Notes: generated from the letters alone by a model not told the origin. A DNA stretch of 58,599 nucleotides from Candidatus Thorarchaeota archaeon (GCA_048882485.1 JBHLRP010000009.1:16118-74716), one strand, 5' to 3'; counted from the stretch's first letter, positions 36,365 to 46,601 are shown. Made by a program: numbers and translations.

Positions 36365-37660
36365 TTGGGAGTTTTCGGTATGACGGATAGAAAGAAGCTT
36401 GAGATAGATGTGCAGCGCCTGCACGAGATTAACGAGTTTCTTCTCAAGGAAGACAACCCTCTGATTAATGGTATCATAGATGTCATTGAGAAGCATGGCG
36501 GAGTTGACGAAATCAACAAGAAGGCGAATGAGGCTCGCAGGCTTGAGAACCTAATGGCCAAATTGGAGAAGAAAGACTCTCCCTATGTGAAAGACCTTCA
36601 GTGGCTTCAAGAAAAACGCGATAGCGACTCATTCATCACAATCCCTGATTATCGGAGGAAGATTCTGGGGGGCAAAGCCGACTCCATGGATTTTGATGAG
36701 AGTTTTGCAGTCACACTTGAGATTAGTGCGTGCCAATACTTCCCATGGGTCATAGAGGAGGCGAAGCAATCCATTGAGAAGCAGGAGCTTATGCCTGGCC
36801 GTTTCATCCGAGTAAGAAACATGCATGAACAGAGTGATGACAACGATGTGATTGCTTTTGCCGCAGCGATGCAGATTGTAGACTCCTCTTACGTGGAAAC
36901 TTTAGATACAAAAGGCACGTTTCCAGGACCTGATGGCGCACCTGCCAATATCCACCTAGGAGGTCCAGACACAATCACTGGCTATTTCGGTGGAGTTGGA
37001 ATGCCCAATGATTTTCCTATCAAGTGGGCTGATGAGTACCTTCACTATTATACGGAGTATGGGGTTAAACAAGTACTCAATATCAATCCAGGAAGCGTGC
37101 TCGTGGGGTACATGATGCATAAGCTGGGCATTGATATGGAGTTCAAGATCAGTGTTTTCATGGGAAATGACAATCCATATGCAAGTCTGTGGACATTGAT
37201 GACAGCCAAACTCTTCAGCAGAGATGACGGCACTTCGCCACTGATTGGGTACAATCTATCTAACAGCGTGAACAATGAAACAATAGAGCTATCGGCTTAT
37301 GCTAGGAAAGACTTCGGATTTGAGGATGTGGTCAGAATTGAGCATCACATCACTGAAACATACAAGAGTATTGTACGACAGCCATATGACCGACTTGATG
37401 AGCTTGTAGAATTGGCAGACCATGTCAGGAATATCAGTGCCAAACATGAAGGCGGGACTCCTGAAATTGAATGTTCCTGTGAACATCCGAGTGACATTCT
37501 TGACTACTTTAGAGCAAAGGCTGAAATCATTGATTCTGGTGATATGCCAGCTTTGCTTCACAACTATATGTGTAAACATGATGCTGTGAATCGAACAGCT
37601 CGGGTTTTGACGGAAAACGGTCTGACATTCATAGCTGCACAAAAACTACACAAGAAGTAA
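36365..37660 (+). CDS. Hypothetical soluble protein (431 aa), no family assigned
   Basis: Long ORF with enzyme-like blocks (TLEISACQYFPW, HLGGPDTITGYFGG, SAKHEGG). Confidence 0.8.
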   Translation: MGVFGMTDRKKLEIDVQRLHEINEFLLKEDNPLINGIIDVIEKHGGVDEINKKANEARRLENLMAKLEKKDSPYVKDLQWLQEKRDSDSFITIPDYRRKILGGKADSMDFDESFAVTLEISACQYFPWVIEEAKQSIEKQELMPGRFIRVRNMHEQSDDNDVIAFAAAMQIVDSSYVETLDTKGTFPGPDGAPANIHLGGPDTITGYFGGVGMPNDFPIKWADEYLHYYTEYGVKQVLNINPGSVLVGYMMHKLGIDMEFKISVFMGNDNPYASLWTLMTAKLFSRDDGTSPLIGYNLSNSVNNETIELSAYARKDFGFEDVVRIEHHITETYKSIVRQPYDRLDELVELADHVRNISAKHEGGTPEIECSCEHPSDILDYFRAKAEIIDSGDMPALLHNYMCKHDAVNRTARVLTENGLTFIAAQKLHKK

Positions 37661-37702
37661 AGAGATGCGACACGGAATGAGGGCTGACCTGCAGCCCTCT
37701 AT

Positions 37703-38173
37703 TTACATCCATGGTTGAATCTGTTCGTCGTAGATACTCTCTAGACGATCCTTATGGTCCTGCTCTTCCTTTGCGAGGCTTTCAAAGACTGTTCTATGAG
37801 ATGTACTTGTGGTCAATTCTGAGAGGCTCTTGTAAAAGTCACGCGCGCTTTCCTCCCGCTTTATAGCTACTATGAGAATATCTTGAGAGGTCGAACCAGA
37901 CTCCAGAGGAATTTCTATGAGATATTTAGAGAGGTCGTGTCCCTCGAATTCCTCAATGGTTGAGCAGGTGAACGTTTCGCAGACTCCTTCACCGAGGGCG
38001 TTCATGAGCTTCTTTTTGTGGCCTTCTTCCTGTTTTGCCAACTCCAATAACAACTGCTTCGATGAAGGCAATTCGACGTTCTCAGAAGCTTTCGTATAGA
38101 AGTCGTATGCTTCTTCCTCCCTCTGAATCGCGAGGGAAATCAATTGATCAAATGAATCTTGGACATCGGACAC
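37703..38173 (-). CDS. Ferritin-like (rubrerythrin-type) diiron protein
   Basis: Duplicated AI.REE.A..FY...LAK.E..H. Confidence 0.88.
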   Translation of the reverse strand: MSDVQDSFDQLISLAIQREEEAYDFYTKASENVELPSSKQLLLELAKQEEGHKKKLMNALGEGVCETFTCSTIEEFEGHDLSKYLIEIPLESGSTSQDILIVAIKREESARDFYKSLSELTTSTSHRTVFESLAKEEQDHKDRLESIYDEQIQPWM

Positions 38174-38227
38174 TGGTATCCCCAAGCTGGGTGGTACAAA
38201 TGCTCGTTTTAAGGATGATGCTCTCAT

Positions 38228-39529
38228 TTACTCCCGTGGAAGTATCTCCTTCACCCCTGAGTGCAGATATTTGTGGAGCGCTTTGGGTATCTTTATGCTT
38301 CCATCCTCACGCTGGAAGTTCTCCATGATTGCCACAAAGGTGCGCGGATTTGCCATCATTGTACTGTTGAGAGTATGTACATAGTCTTTCTCCGTTCCAC
38401 CCTTTTTGAGGCGATACTTGATATTCAACCGAGTAGCTTGGTATGCCGTGCAATTGCTGTTGGAGCCTCCTTCCCGGTATCTGTCCTGTCCTGGCATCCA
38501 AAACTCGAGATCTAACTTCTTTGCTGCCACTATTCCTATGTCACCAGTGCATGAATTCACAATCCTGTAGGGTAGGCCTAGGGCTTGTACATAGTCTTCT
38601 TCGTTCTTCATGAGTTCTTCGTGAATCTTCCATGATTCATCAGGATGGCTGAATACAAACTGTTCGACCTTGTTGAACTGATGGACCCTGAAGATGCCTT
38701 TGGTGTCTTTGCCATGAGAGCCTGCCTCTTTTCTGAAGCAAGCACTCACTCCAGCCAGCTTTATGGGGAGGTCTCCAGGCTCGAATATCTCCCCCATATA
38801 CATCGCAGCCATAGCATGTTCTGATGTTGCTATGAGGTAGAGGTCCTCCTCCTCTATCTTATACATCACATCTTCGAAGTCCGCAAGGTCTGTGACGCCC
38901 TCATACGGTTCTCTTCTCAACATGAAGGGTGGATAGATTGGCGTATAGCCTCTCTTGATTAGCATGTCAAGAGCCATCTGTTGCATCGCCAAATCCAGTT
39001 CTACAAGCTCGTTCATGAGATAATAGAACCTTGAGCCAGCAACCTTTGCAGCTCTAGGAATGTCCGCGACCCTAAGAGTATCTAAAAGATCAACATGACT
39101 CTGAATCTTAAAGTCAAACTTCGGCTTGCCGCCCCATTCTTTCACAACTTCATTGTCCTCGTCACTTTCCCCGAATGGGACGCTCTCGTGCAGGATATTG
39201 GGAATGCGCATCTGGATATTCTTCAGCTCAATCTCTAAGGCGCTAGTCTTCTCCTCTGTTTCCTTTATCGCCTTGTTGACTCGATTGGCTTCCTTGGTAA
39301 GCTTGGCTGTATCTTCCCCTGCTTTCTTCAGCTTGCCAATCTCTCTCGAAACCCGATTCCTCTGAGTTCTCAGATCTTGGATTTCGCGTTTGAGTTCTCT
39401 AATCTCAGAATCCAGTGACAAGAGCCTGTTGAAAGAATTTAGCTTCTCCTCATCTCTCCGCTTTCGCAGATTCTCTCGTATCAGCTCCACATTCTCACGA
39501 ATGAACTTGATGTGCAACACTGGACTCAC
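38228..39529 (-). CDS. serS: Serine--tRNA ligase
   Basis: N-terminal coiled coil, YLIATSE, FRKEAGSHGKDTKGIFRVHQFNKVEQ, HTLNST. Confidence 0.97.
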   Translation of the reverse strand: MSPVLHIKFIRENVELIRENLRKRRDEEKLNSFNRLLSLDSEIRELKREIQDLRTQRNRVSREIGKLKKAGEDTAKLTKEANRVNKAIKETEEKTSALEIELKNIQMRIPNILHESVPFGESDEDNEVVKEWGGKPKFDFKIQSHVDLLDTLRVADIPRAAKVAGSRFYYLMNELVELDLAMQQMALDMLIKRGYTPIYPPFMLRREPYEGVTDLADFEDVMYKIEEEDLYLIATSEHAMAAMYMGEIFEPGDLPIKLAGVSACFRKEAGSHGKDTKGIFRVHQFNKVEQFVFSHPDESWKIHEELMKNEEDYVQALGLPYRIVNSCTGDIGIVAAKKLDLEFWMPGQDRYREGGSNSNCTAYQATRLNIKYRLKKGGTEKDYVHTLNSTMMANPRTFVAIMENFQREDGSIKIPKALHKYLHSGVKEILPRE

Positions 39530-39589
39530 CTATTGTGATATCGCTACAAAAACCACTGCTGCTGCTTTTTAGACTCTTCGCTAGTCCTT

Positions 39590-40240
39590 CTATCCCCATT
39601 GTCCAGCTGTGGGACAGAGCGCGTTGATGGAGCACCCCTCACATCTCGGCTTTCGCGAACTGCAAGTACGCCGTCCGTGAGCACCGATGAGTCGCGCATA
39701 CTCATACCATTGGTTTCTCGGAAGAGTCTCCATAAGATCCTTCTCGGCTCTAGTTCTGTTCTTCTTCTCCTTTGTAAGTTCAAGTCTCTGAGAAACCCTC
39801 ATGACATGTGTGTCAACAACCACTCCTTCATTGATTCCAAAGACAACTGCCAGCACTACATTTGCGGTCTTCCTGCTTACTCCTGGGAACTCGATTAGCT
39901 CATCCATGGTTTTTGGCACTTCCCCTGAGTGACGTTCGGCAATGATCCTCGCAGAATCCCGTATGAATTCAGACTTCTTGTTGTAGGTGCCGCATTGACG
40001 AATCAATTCTATGAGATCCTCAATCTCTGCATTAGCCATAGTCTTGGCGTCAGGATATTTGGAAAAAAGCGCCGGTGTGATTTGATTGATGCAAGCGTCA
40101 GCAGTGTTTGCTGAGAGAATAGTAGCAATTAGCATCTCGAATGCATTTCTGTGATTCAGGTAAGTAGCCGGTGCGTCAGGGTATGACTTGTCAAGAATCC
40201 TGATTATCTTCCTAGCTCTCTTCTTGCTATCATCCATCAT
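39590..40240 (-). CDS. nth: Endonuclease III
   Basis: LIATILSA, PGVSRKTANVV, VVDTHV, C-x6-C-x2-C-x5-C. Confidence 0.94.
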   Translation of the reverse strand: MMDDSKKRARKIIRILDKSYPDAPATYLNHRNAFEMLIATILSANTADACINQITPALFSKYPDAKTMANAEIEDLIELIRQCGTYNKKSEFIRDSARIIAERHSGEVPKTMDELIEFPGVSRKTANVVLAVVFGINEGVVVDTHVMRVSQRLELTKEKKNRTRAEKDLMETLPRNQWYEYARLIGAHGRRTCSSRKPRCEGCSINALCPTAGQWG

Positions 40241-40256
40241 TCATGCCCTCCTGGTA

Positions 40257-41771
40257 TTATCCCGATAAGCCTCTCCGCGACCGGAACTCGGCAATCTCGT
40301 CCTTTAGTTTTCGGATCTCTAATTCCATTGATTGCATCTTCTCAGAGAGGTCTTCTGGCTCTCTCCCCTCTACTCCGTAACGTGCTACCCCTCCGAGAAT
40401 CACTATGTTTGCGACAATGACTAGTGCGAACAATAGGGGGGCGTCCAGAAACTCGAAGATTGCTCCTCCAATGAGAGGTCCTATTGAGGCTATGATGTTG
40501 ACAATTGACCAAAACACTGCCAGGACCTTGGCTGTATCGATTCTTGGCATGCTCTTCTGAATCATCGTGAGTAGCACAAGTCCCCAGAGGATATCATTGG
40601 TGTACTTTAGCATTAGAGCTAGAAATGGCGTAGTTAATACAATATTCAATCCAGGTAGTAGGGAATCTGCAATGTCCACTATTGTCTGAGGCACCCAATA
40701 TTTGAAGGTAGGTGCAACCATCAGGAGCGCAGCACATACAGGCATTAATGAGTATACAAGGATTGTAGTCCTCTTCATGCCCATTATATCAGACATCCGT
40801 CCAACTCTGAAGAGAAGAGGGAGAGAGATTACTAAGGGCGCCAGCAGCATGATGTTGATTTCAGGTATTCCGAACTCGAGGGTTGTACCAGTATATAGTA
40901 CTGCGCCAAATTGGAAAATTGAATCGCTGAGTCCGTCCAAGACGACAATAGCTAACACCGCAGGCATTGCATTCTTTATCAGCCTTACAGCATTCCTGTT
41001 CTCAGAAAGAAAATCTCGCCAGATTGACTTCTCTCGAATCCGATTATTCTGCGAGCCCCCCTCAAGATAGACTGCCCTTCCTATTGCACAGATGAGTAGA
41101 ATAACCCCTGAAAATAGATAGATTGCTCGAAATCCAGGAGCAAACAACTCTGGTGCGGTGACTAAAGCACCAAACATCAGGAGGGTCAGGATTCCAAATG
41201 AGCTTCCCATCCGAAAGAGCGATAGAGCTAGACCACTATGCTCCCTCGGAATATTGTCCATTATGAACGCTGATGATCCCCCTTGTGCAATCCCAGTAAA
41301 GGCATAGAGAGCAAACGCACCTAAGATGAATATCGTGTCAGTATACAATCCAATAATCAAGTGATATGTGGCCATCATCAGCATCGCTATGACAGCCAAG
41401 TTTTTCCTGTTTGAAACATCTCCCACATATCCCCCCAGAAACCTAGAGAGTGCCATCAACCCCGCAACTGCGGTCATTACCCCTCCAATGACTATGAAAT
41501 CCCAATCGATTTCCAAAAGATAAAGTGTGAGAAAGCCGTAGATTACAGCAAACCCGCTATATGTCCATGAAGTGATAAGATAAACAGAATAATTCCGCCA
41601 AGAGAAAATTGCTCTCAGCGATTCTCTGAGATTTCCATCTTTCCCAGATTTTGTCGGCTCCGGAACCCTTTCATCCATTTCCACTCTCTTTCCGGGATCC
41701 GGTCTTTCGGAGCTGTCTTCCAAGATATTGTCGCTCCCATTCTCTCTCTCCGCCGTAACAAGTTCTTTCAT
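40257..41771 (-). CDS. MFS transporter
   Basis: About 12 TM segments, GGYVGDVSNRK and GRMSDIMGMK motif-A-like loops. Confidence 0.85.
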   Translation of the reverse strand: MKELVTAERENGSDNILEDSSERPDPGKRVEMDERVPEPTKSGKDGNLRESLRAIFSWRNYSVYLITSWTYSGFAVIYGFLTLYLLEIDWDFIVIGGVMTAVAGLMALSRFLGGYVGDVSNRKNLAVIAMLMMATYHLIIGLYTDTIFILGAFALYAFTGIAQGGSSAFIMDNIPREHSGLALSLFRMGSSFGILTLLMFGALVTAPELFAPGFRAIYLFSGVILLICAIGRAVYLEGGSQNNRIREKSIWRDFLSENRNAVRLIKNAMPAVLAIVVLDGLSDSIFQFGAVLYTGTTLEFGIPEINIMLLAPLVISLPLLFRVGRMSDIMGMKRTTILVYSLMPVCAALLMVAPTFKYWVPQTIVDIADSLLPGLNIVLTTPFLALMLKYTNDILWGLVLLTMIQKSMPRIDTAKVLAVFWSIVNIIASIGPLIGGAIFEFLDAPLLFALVIVANIVILGGVARYGVEGREPEDLSEKMQSMELEIRKLKDEIAEFRSRRGLSG

Positions 41772-42041
41772 TTAAATGGCCCCGATTTCTCAACTCTAGC
41801 CCTCCTTCTGCTTCGGGCCCTCAATCCAGCTATGCCACCGAATTGTGGGGTACATGTAGCTCCTTTTGGAGCCCCGATGGGGGTCAAACACCATGAAGGC
41901 ATTCCTCCTTTTCTTGGGCTTTAGAGTGAGCTTATGTTCGGCCTCTTCCTATTTTTACTCCTCATACTCGCTGACCGTCCTATCACGGAAGGCGCAAGCC
42001 TTCCTGAGATGGGCCAGTCTAACCAAACATCCTTTTCTCTC

Positions 42042-42371
42042 TCACTCGAAGACTCGCACTTCAATCTCGCCGCTTGGAGTAGGCTTTGCAACGAGTCTGT
42101 GAGTGCAGAGTTCTGCAGTGATTACGATGCACTCTGGCGGAGTGCTGGATGCGATGAGGTTCTTGACTGCCAGCTCTAGGTTGATTGCAGTGAGTCTGAT
42201 GAGTTCTGAGTCAGTGAACGGATTTACCGCTCTGCCTTCTTCAGTTACCACTACTTCTGCTAGCGTTGTCGCCATCTTCTCGCTAATCATTCTTTTGTTT
42301 TCCTCCAATGCATTTCGTATGTTTTTCATCTTACCATGGTTCTGGTACAGGGCTGTATGGTCGTGCGTCAT
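42042..42371 (-). CDS. Hypothetical protein (109 aa)
   Basis: GGAGGAG upstream, protein-like composition. Confidence 0.7.
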   Translation of the reverse strand: MTHDHTALYQNHGKMKNIRNALEENKRMISEKMATTLAEVVVTEEGRAVNPFTDSELIRLTAINLELAVKNLIASSTPPECIVITAELCTHRLVAKPTPSGEIEVRVFE

Positions 42372-42469
42372 TCATGTTCGTTCTCTCCTCCGCGTGTTTT
42401 CTCTCTCTCATTTTCCGGGAATCCATACATCATCGCTCGGTAGCGAAGTGGACCAACCTTTGATACCAT
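42368..42469 (-). CDS. Candidate 33-aa peptide MVSKVGPLRYRAMMYGFPENEREKTRGGENEHE
   Basis: ATGA overlap with the 109-aa ORF; GGAGAGAACG upstream. Confidence 0.35.
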   Translation of the reverse strand: MVSKVGPLRYRAMMYGFPENEREKTRGGENEHE

Positions 42470-42509
42470 GTCACTATCTGTCCGTTCTCTCCGTCTTCTC
42501 TCTAAACGG

Positions 42510-42632
42510 CTAGAACGGTACTGGATCGTCACACGGCGGCTGTACCACGGTGGATATACCGTGAACTATTCCAATTGACAACAGCTCTAATGCAACACGA
42601 CTCTCTGTCATGCTCTCGTAGAGTGTTCTCAT
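42510..42632 (-). CDS. Candidate 40-aa peptide MRTLYESMTESRVALELLSIGIVHGISTVVQPPCDDPVPF
   Basis: Perfect GGAGGTGA at 42653-42660 in front of this frame. Confidence 0.45.
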   Translation of the reverse strand: MRTLYESMTESRVALELLSIGIVHGISTVVQPPCDDPVPF

Positions 42633-42761
42633 TTGTTCCGAGCTGATCGTTTTCACCTCCGGTTGATGGTGCATGGTATGGACGTAGAGACTATGCTCTA
42701 GGCGAAGAAATTTACTAGGTACCATAAAGGCCTGTCGGTCTTCATCTTACCCTAGTATTAC

Positions 42762-42779
42762 GTGGATATACATATCCAC
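42762..42779. promoter_or_regulatory. Palindromic operator candidate
   Basis: GTGGATAT-AC-ATATCCAC perfect 8-bp inverted repeat; GTGGATATAC recurs at 42550-42559. Confidence 0.55.
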
Positions 42780-42908
42780 TCAGAATCTCTTCGTCCATAG
42801 CATTGTCCCGAGTGTACACCAAGAATAACAGCGGTCAATCCGCATAATAAGGAGTGGAGTTTGCATTATTCGTTAGATTCTGAAGGCTAGAAGCGTGATT
42901 GCAGAGCT

Positions 42909-44084
42909 TTGCAGAACGCCTCTATTATCGCTCCAAATGGCCACCCGGAAAGGAACCATAAGATACATATTTTACTTAACAAATGGCCATCGGAAAGATG
43001 CATAGGAGTTGAGACTCTGAGACCTCTCGGGACTGGCGAGCTCACGCTTCTTAGACGACTTGTAATAGAACCCTCAATGCGGCAAGTGGATTTAGCTGAA
43101 ACACTTGACGTTACACGTTCAGCAATCAACCAGATTTGGAGGAAGCTAGAAAAGGACTACAATCTCCGCATTCGTAGCACTTTTGACTATGGTAGGCTTG
43201 GAGTTAGAGTCACCTTCGGCTGGGCTAATGATACTGAAGGATCAAGAAATCTACCCAAGTTGAAGCGTTGGCTGGTTTCAAACCCTCTCACCAGCTTTGT
43301 TGCAGAGTCTGAGTTATCCTCAATGATGGATAAGAGAATCTATTTCGAGGCTCTCTTGCCAATTGACCAGAGAGGTATGAACTACCTCAACCAGTTGTCT
43401 CGCTTTCAAAAGAGGCCATACGAACTCTCGTTAGTCTTTGGCTCAGCTGAGAATATGTCGAACCTCATGAACCTTGGTCTTTTTGATGGCAGGGATTGGG
43501 AGGTTATCGATGGATTCAGGTTTGGTATTATTATTGACTCGGCAAAAGGATATGCGGATATTCTGCCAGACATTCAGCTTTCTACTCAGACCGATCCCGT
43601 GGCAGCCACTGACGAAGATCTGTTAGTGGCGAGTTCAATAGAGGACGACTATCATGTCACATCAATGGGTCTAGCATCTCGATACAAGGAGCTGGGTCTA
43701 TCGCCACCATCAGAACGAACACTCAGACGCCGACTATCATCGATGAGGAGAAACAATGCTATTCCCTATGTGAGTATTCATAACATCGGTCTGACTCAGA
43801 GACTTGTTATAACTCTGGATAACCGAGGAGCTGTATCAAACCTCTCTCGTATACTCCAAGCTCAAGCAACGACTCTTCCAAAGGCAAAAGTCATGAGTTG
43901 TGAAGCTCTGACAGCATTGATTCTTGATTTCCCGGAATCTGCAGGCTTGCTGGCAATTTCAAAGGTGCTCTCGGAATTAGCTGGTGATACCACAGAGATG
44001 TGCACATTTATAGCAGAACAAACTTCATTGTGGGGAGGACTTGATAGTCTGATACCACCCTCACATAGACAAAGTTCACAATGA
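42909..44084 (+). CDS. wHTH regulator with duplicated Lrp/AsnC-like architecture (true start probably near 43017)
   Basis: QVDLAETLDVTRSAINQIWRKL...FDYGRLG; second HTH SERTLRRRL...IGL. Confidence 0.8.
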   Translation: MQNASIIAPNGHPERNHKIHILLNKWPSERCIGVETLRPLGTGELTLLRRLVIEPSMRQVDLAETLDVTRSAINQIWRKLEKDYNLRIRSTFDYGRLGVRVTFGWANDTEGSRNLPKLKRWLVSNPLTSFVAESELSSMMDKRIYFEALLPIDQRGMNYLNQLSRFQKRPYELSLVFGSAENMSNLMNLGLFDGRDWEVIDGFRFGIIIDSAKGYADILPDIQLSTQTDPVAATDEDLLVASSIEDDYHVTSMGLASRYKELGLSPPSERTLRRRLSSMRRNNAIPYVSIHNIGLTQRLVITLDNRGAVSNLSRILQAQATTLPKAKVMSCEALTALILDFPESAGLLAISKVLSELAGDTTEMCTFIAEQTSLWGGLDSLIPPSHRQSSQ

Positions 44085-44095
44085 AGCAATAGATA

Positions 44096-45574
44096 TTGGC
44101 GTTGGGAAGTTTGAAGAAGACTCATCAAGAAACTGGAGGCCCATCCAGAGAAATAGCATCATCACAAAGTAGTCGAATCGATATTCACACTCCATATGAC
44201 GATTTGATTCCAAAAACTGATGAGTCGTCTATCCAGTTCTATATTGATGTCATGCGGATTTACCTGGGCCTGTATGAAGGCACACTCACAATGGAGGATG
44301 CAGTCCATGCATCTGAGGCGTTGAAGGCCCATCCTGAATTTGCGAAATTTCCCACGAATCCCACTTTGGTTCCCCTCACCAAGACTTTCAAAGATAATAT
44401 TCTGTCGAACCTCGGAACACTGAAGAAGTTCAATCTGGTGACAAAGGACTCCGTCAAATCAGCTATCAGTTTTGCATTTGTTTCTCCGCCTACAGCTATC
44501 AGTCCCAGCGATTTTCAGGTCCTATTGCTTCTTGAAAAGGACCCAATGTGCACCCTTGTCGATGCGGCGGCAGAGGTAGGAGTTACTCCTCGGACAATCG
44601 CTCGATCGATAGAACGCCTTCAGAAGAACCTTGTCTTTAGAGTAAGCGCTCTGATGGATATGACCGCGTTTGGCGCACAGCCCTTCATCTTGTTCTTCAA
44701 GTTGGCAGAGGGCATTGAATGGGACATGGTTGAGGAAGGATTCGCTCTTTATCCATTCACCAAGAACATTCTGAAGACGACAATGACAGACTTGGGTTAC
44801 ATATCCTTCCTTATACCCGGGCCTGAGAACATAGCTCCCTTTACTGAGCATGTTAGCGATATCAGTGCAATACTCTTTGATTATTCTAATCTTCATCTTC
44901 AGGAGGTCTCTGGATCCGACACAAATCTCGGCCTCATGAAAGATAATGAGTGGTCATTCTCTGAAGCCTTTAAGCAAGTTGGCAAAGATGACATTCCTCC
45001 TCAAGAAGAAAAAATGGTTCGTGTTCTCAAGTGTCAGGGTTGGCAAGGAGGACTCACTGTAGACGACTTCAATGTGATATCCTTTTACAGAAATGCACTT
45101 CGTGACCCACCTAGGGTGCTTGTAGACCGGATTAGGATGCAGGGTATGGATTACGATTCAAAACAGGTGGCACAATCAGTCCGAAAGGGGTATGACAGAA
45201 AAATAATCAAACCGTTCACGAGCTTTAGAGGTGTAGGTCTAACAACAAACTTCTGCTTTGAGATAATATGCGATAAGACTTGGAAGGATAGAATCCAAAG
45301 TGCTATAGTACATCTGCCAGCAGTCATCTACTTTGTATCTCCCTTGGGGATAATTGTATGGGCTCAGGTTCCAAGTGAACATCAAGTTGAATATTACCAA
45401 TTGTTTCGTTCCCTTGAATCGCATAAAGGAGTGAAGTCTGTGAATCCAATCATGACGATAGACCTTAAGGGCTCAAGGTCTGAGCTCGATCTCACCAAGT
45501 TCTGGAGATTCGGGTCCAAGGGTTGGACAACTGAGCGGGAACGCCTGAATCTCTCGGACTATTTCGATGTGTAA
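44096..45574 (+). CDS. wHTH regulator with N-terminal unknown domain and duplicated Lrp/AsnC-like architecture
   Basis: DFQVLLLLEKDP..TLVDAAAEVGVTPRTIARSIERL...DMTAFG; second degenerate HTH near residue 320-370. Confidence 0.8.
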   Translation: MALGSLKKTHQETGGPSREIASSQSSRIDIHTPYDDLIPKTDESSIQFYIDVMRIYLGLYEGTLTMEDAVHASEALKAHPEFAKFPTNPTLVPLTKTFKDNILSNLGTLKKFNLVTKDSVKSAISFAFVSPPTAISPSDFQVLLLLEKDPMCTLVDAAAEVGVTPRTIARSIERLQKNLVFRVSALMDMTAFGAQPFILFFKLAEGIEWDMVEEGFALYPFTKNILKTTMTDLGYISFLIPGPENIAPFTEHVSDISAILFDYSNLHLQEVSGSDTNLGLMKDNEWSFSEAFKQVGKDDIPPQEEKMVRVLKCQGWQGGLTVDDFNVISFYRNALRDPPRVLVDRIRMQGMDYDSKQVAQSVRKGYDRKIIKPFTSFRGVGLTTNFCFEIICDKTWKDRIQSAIVHLPAVIYFVSPLGIIVWAQVPSEHQVEYYQLFRSLESHKGVKSVNPIMTIDLKGSRSELDLTKFWRFGSKGWTTERERLNLSDYFDV

Positions 45575-45605
45575 ATGAACTCCATACAGTACTGCGGGGC
45601 TATTT

Positions 45606-46601
45606 TCAGGTTTCTTTTCGGTTTCTTATCTCTTCGAAAATCTCAGTCATGGCACCTCTCCAATCTCCTGAAAATGGAGGTCCAAGAACAACTTCAGTGA
45701 GGCCAATATCGGCGAGTAATTCGAACCTATCTACCATATGCTCTCTGCTTCCACTAATAGCAAACATGTCGATTAATTCTTGATTGACGTACGGAATCCC
45801 TGCATCAGGGCCGGACTTCGAAACTGCGATTCTTAATCTTTCAACCCTCTCCTGGTCTACATCAAGAAGATCCAGGACTGGTTGAGGTATATCAGCTATC
45901 ACTAATGCTACAACTCGTTTTGCGAGAGCTTCCTTCCCGCCTTTGAAGGTAGGAATTGTCGGGAGCCATGCGACCTTCTCTATATCCGTGTCCTCTCTTC
46001 CTGAATTCTTGGCAGATGAATTAATCCTCTTCACTGCATCTTTGAGATAATCGATTGGACCGGAGAGCACTGCACCATCCGCAATTTCTCCCACAAGCTT
46101 GAGCATCTTCGGCCCACGCACACCCAGGAAGACTGGAATTTCAACAGCTTTCTTCAGCCCCAGACTGTAGTTGTCCAGTTTCATCAGTTCACTTTCTATC
46201 GTCACAGACTCTCCAGCCCACAGCTTCCTTAGGATCATTACGGATTTCCTAAGCTCAGTAACAGGCTTCTTCACAATGATGCCTAAATTGTTGAGGTCTT
46301 GAATGCCGCCAATCCCCGTGCCAAAGACAAATCTTCCATTTCCTGTATTCTGCATTGTAACTGCTGCGCGGGCAATAGTTGAAATCCTGTGAACAGTGAT
46401 AGGAATTATTCCAGTCCCTACGCGTGTCTTTGAAGCATTGAGAAGTGCTGCAGTTGTAAGAACATAGACATCTTGTCCCAAATCGATGTCTTCTCCCACC
46501 CATATGCCATCGATTCCAAGGTATTCTGCATTCTTGGCAATCCAATCTGTTGCAGTGACTCTCATATTGGTTGTTATGCCCACACTGGTCCTGTACATCA
46601 T
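45606..46601 (-). CDS. LLM-class (Mer-like, probably F420-dependent) oxidoreductase
   Basis: AE.LG.DGIWVGED, VGTGI, GRFVFG.G.G, LGVRGPKML.L.GEIADG. Confidence 0.88.
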   Translation of the reverse strand: MMYRTSVGITTNMRVTATDWIAKNAEYLGIDGIWVGEDIDLGQDVYVLTTAALLNASKTRVGTGIIPITVHRISTIARAAVTMQNTGNGRFVFGTGIGGIQDLNNLGIIVKKPVTELRKSVMILRKLWAGESVTIESELMKLDNYSLGLKKAVEIPVFLGVRGPKMLKLVGEIADGAVLSGPIDYLKDAVKRINSSAKNSGREDTDIEKVAWLPTIPTFKGGKEALAKRVVALVIADIPQPVLDLLDVDQERVERLRIAVSKSGPDAGIPYVNQELIDMFAISGSREHMVDRFELLADIGLTEVVLGPPFSGDWRGAMTEIFEEIRNRKET

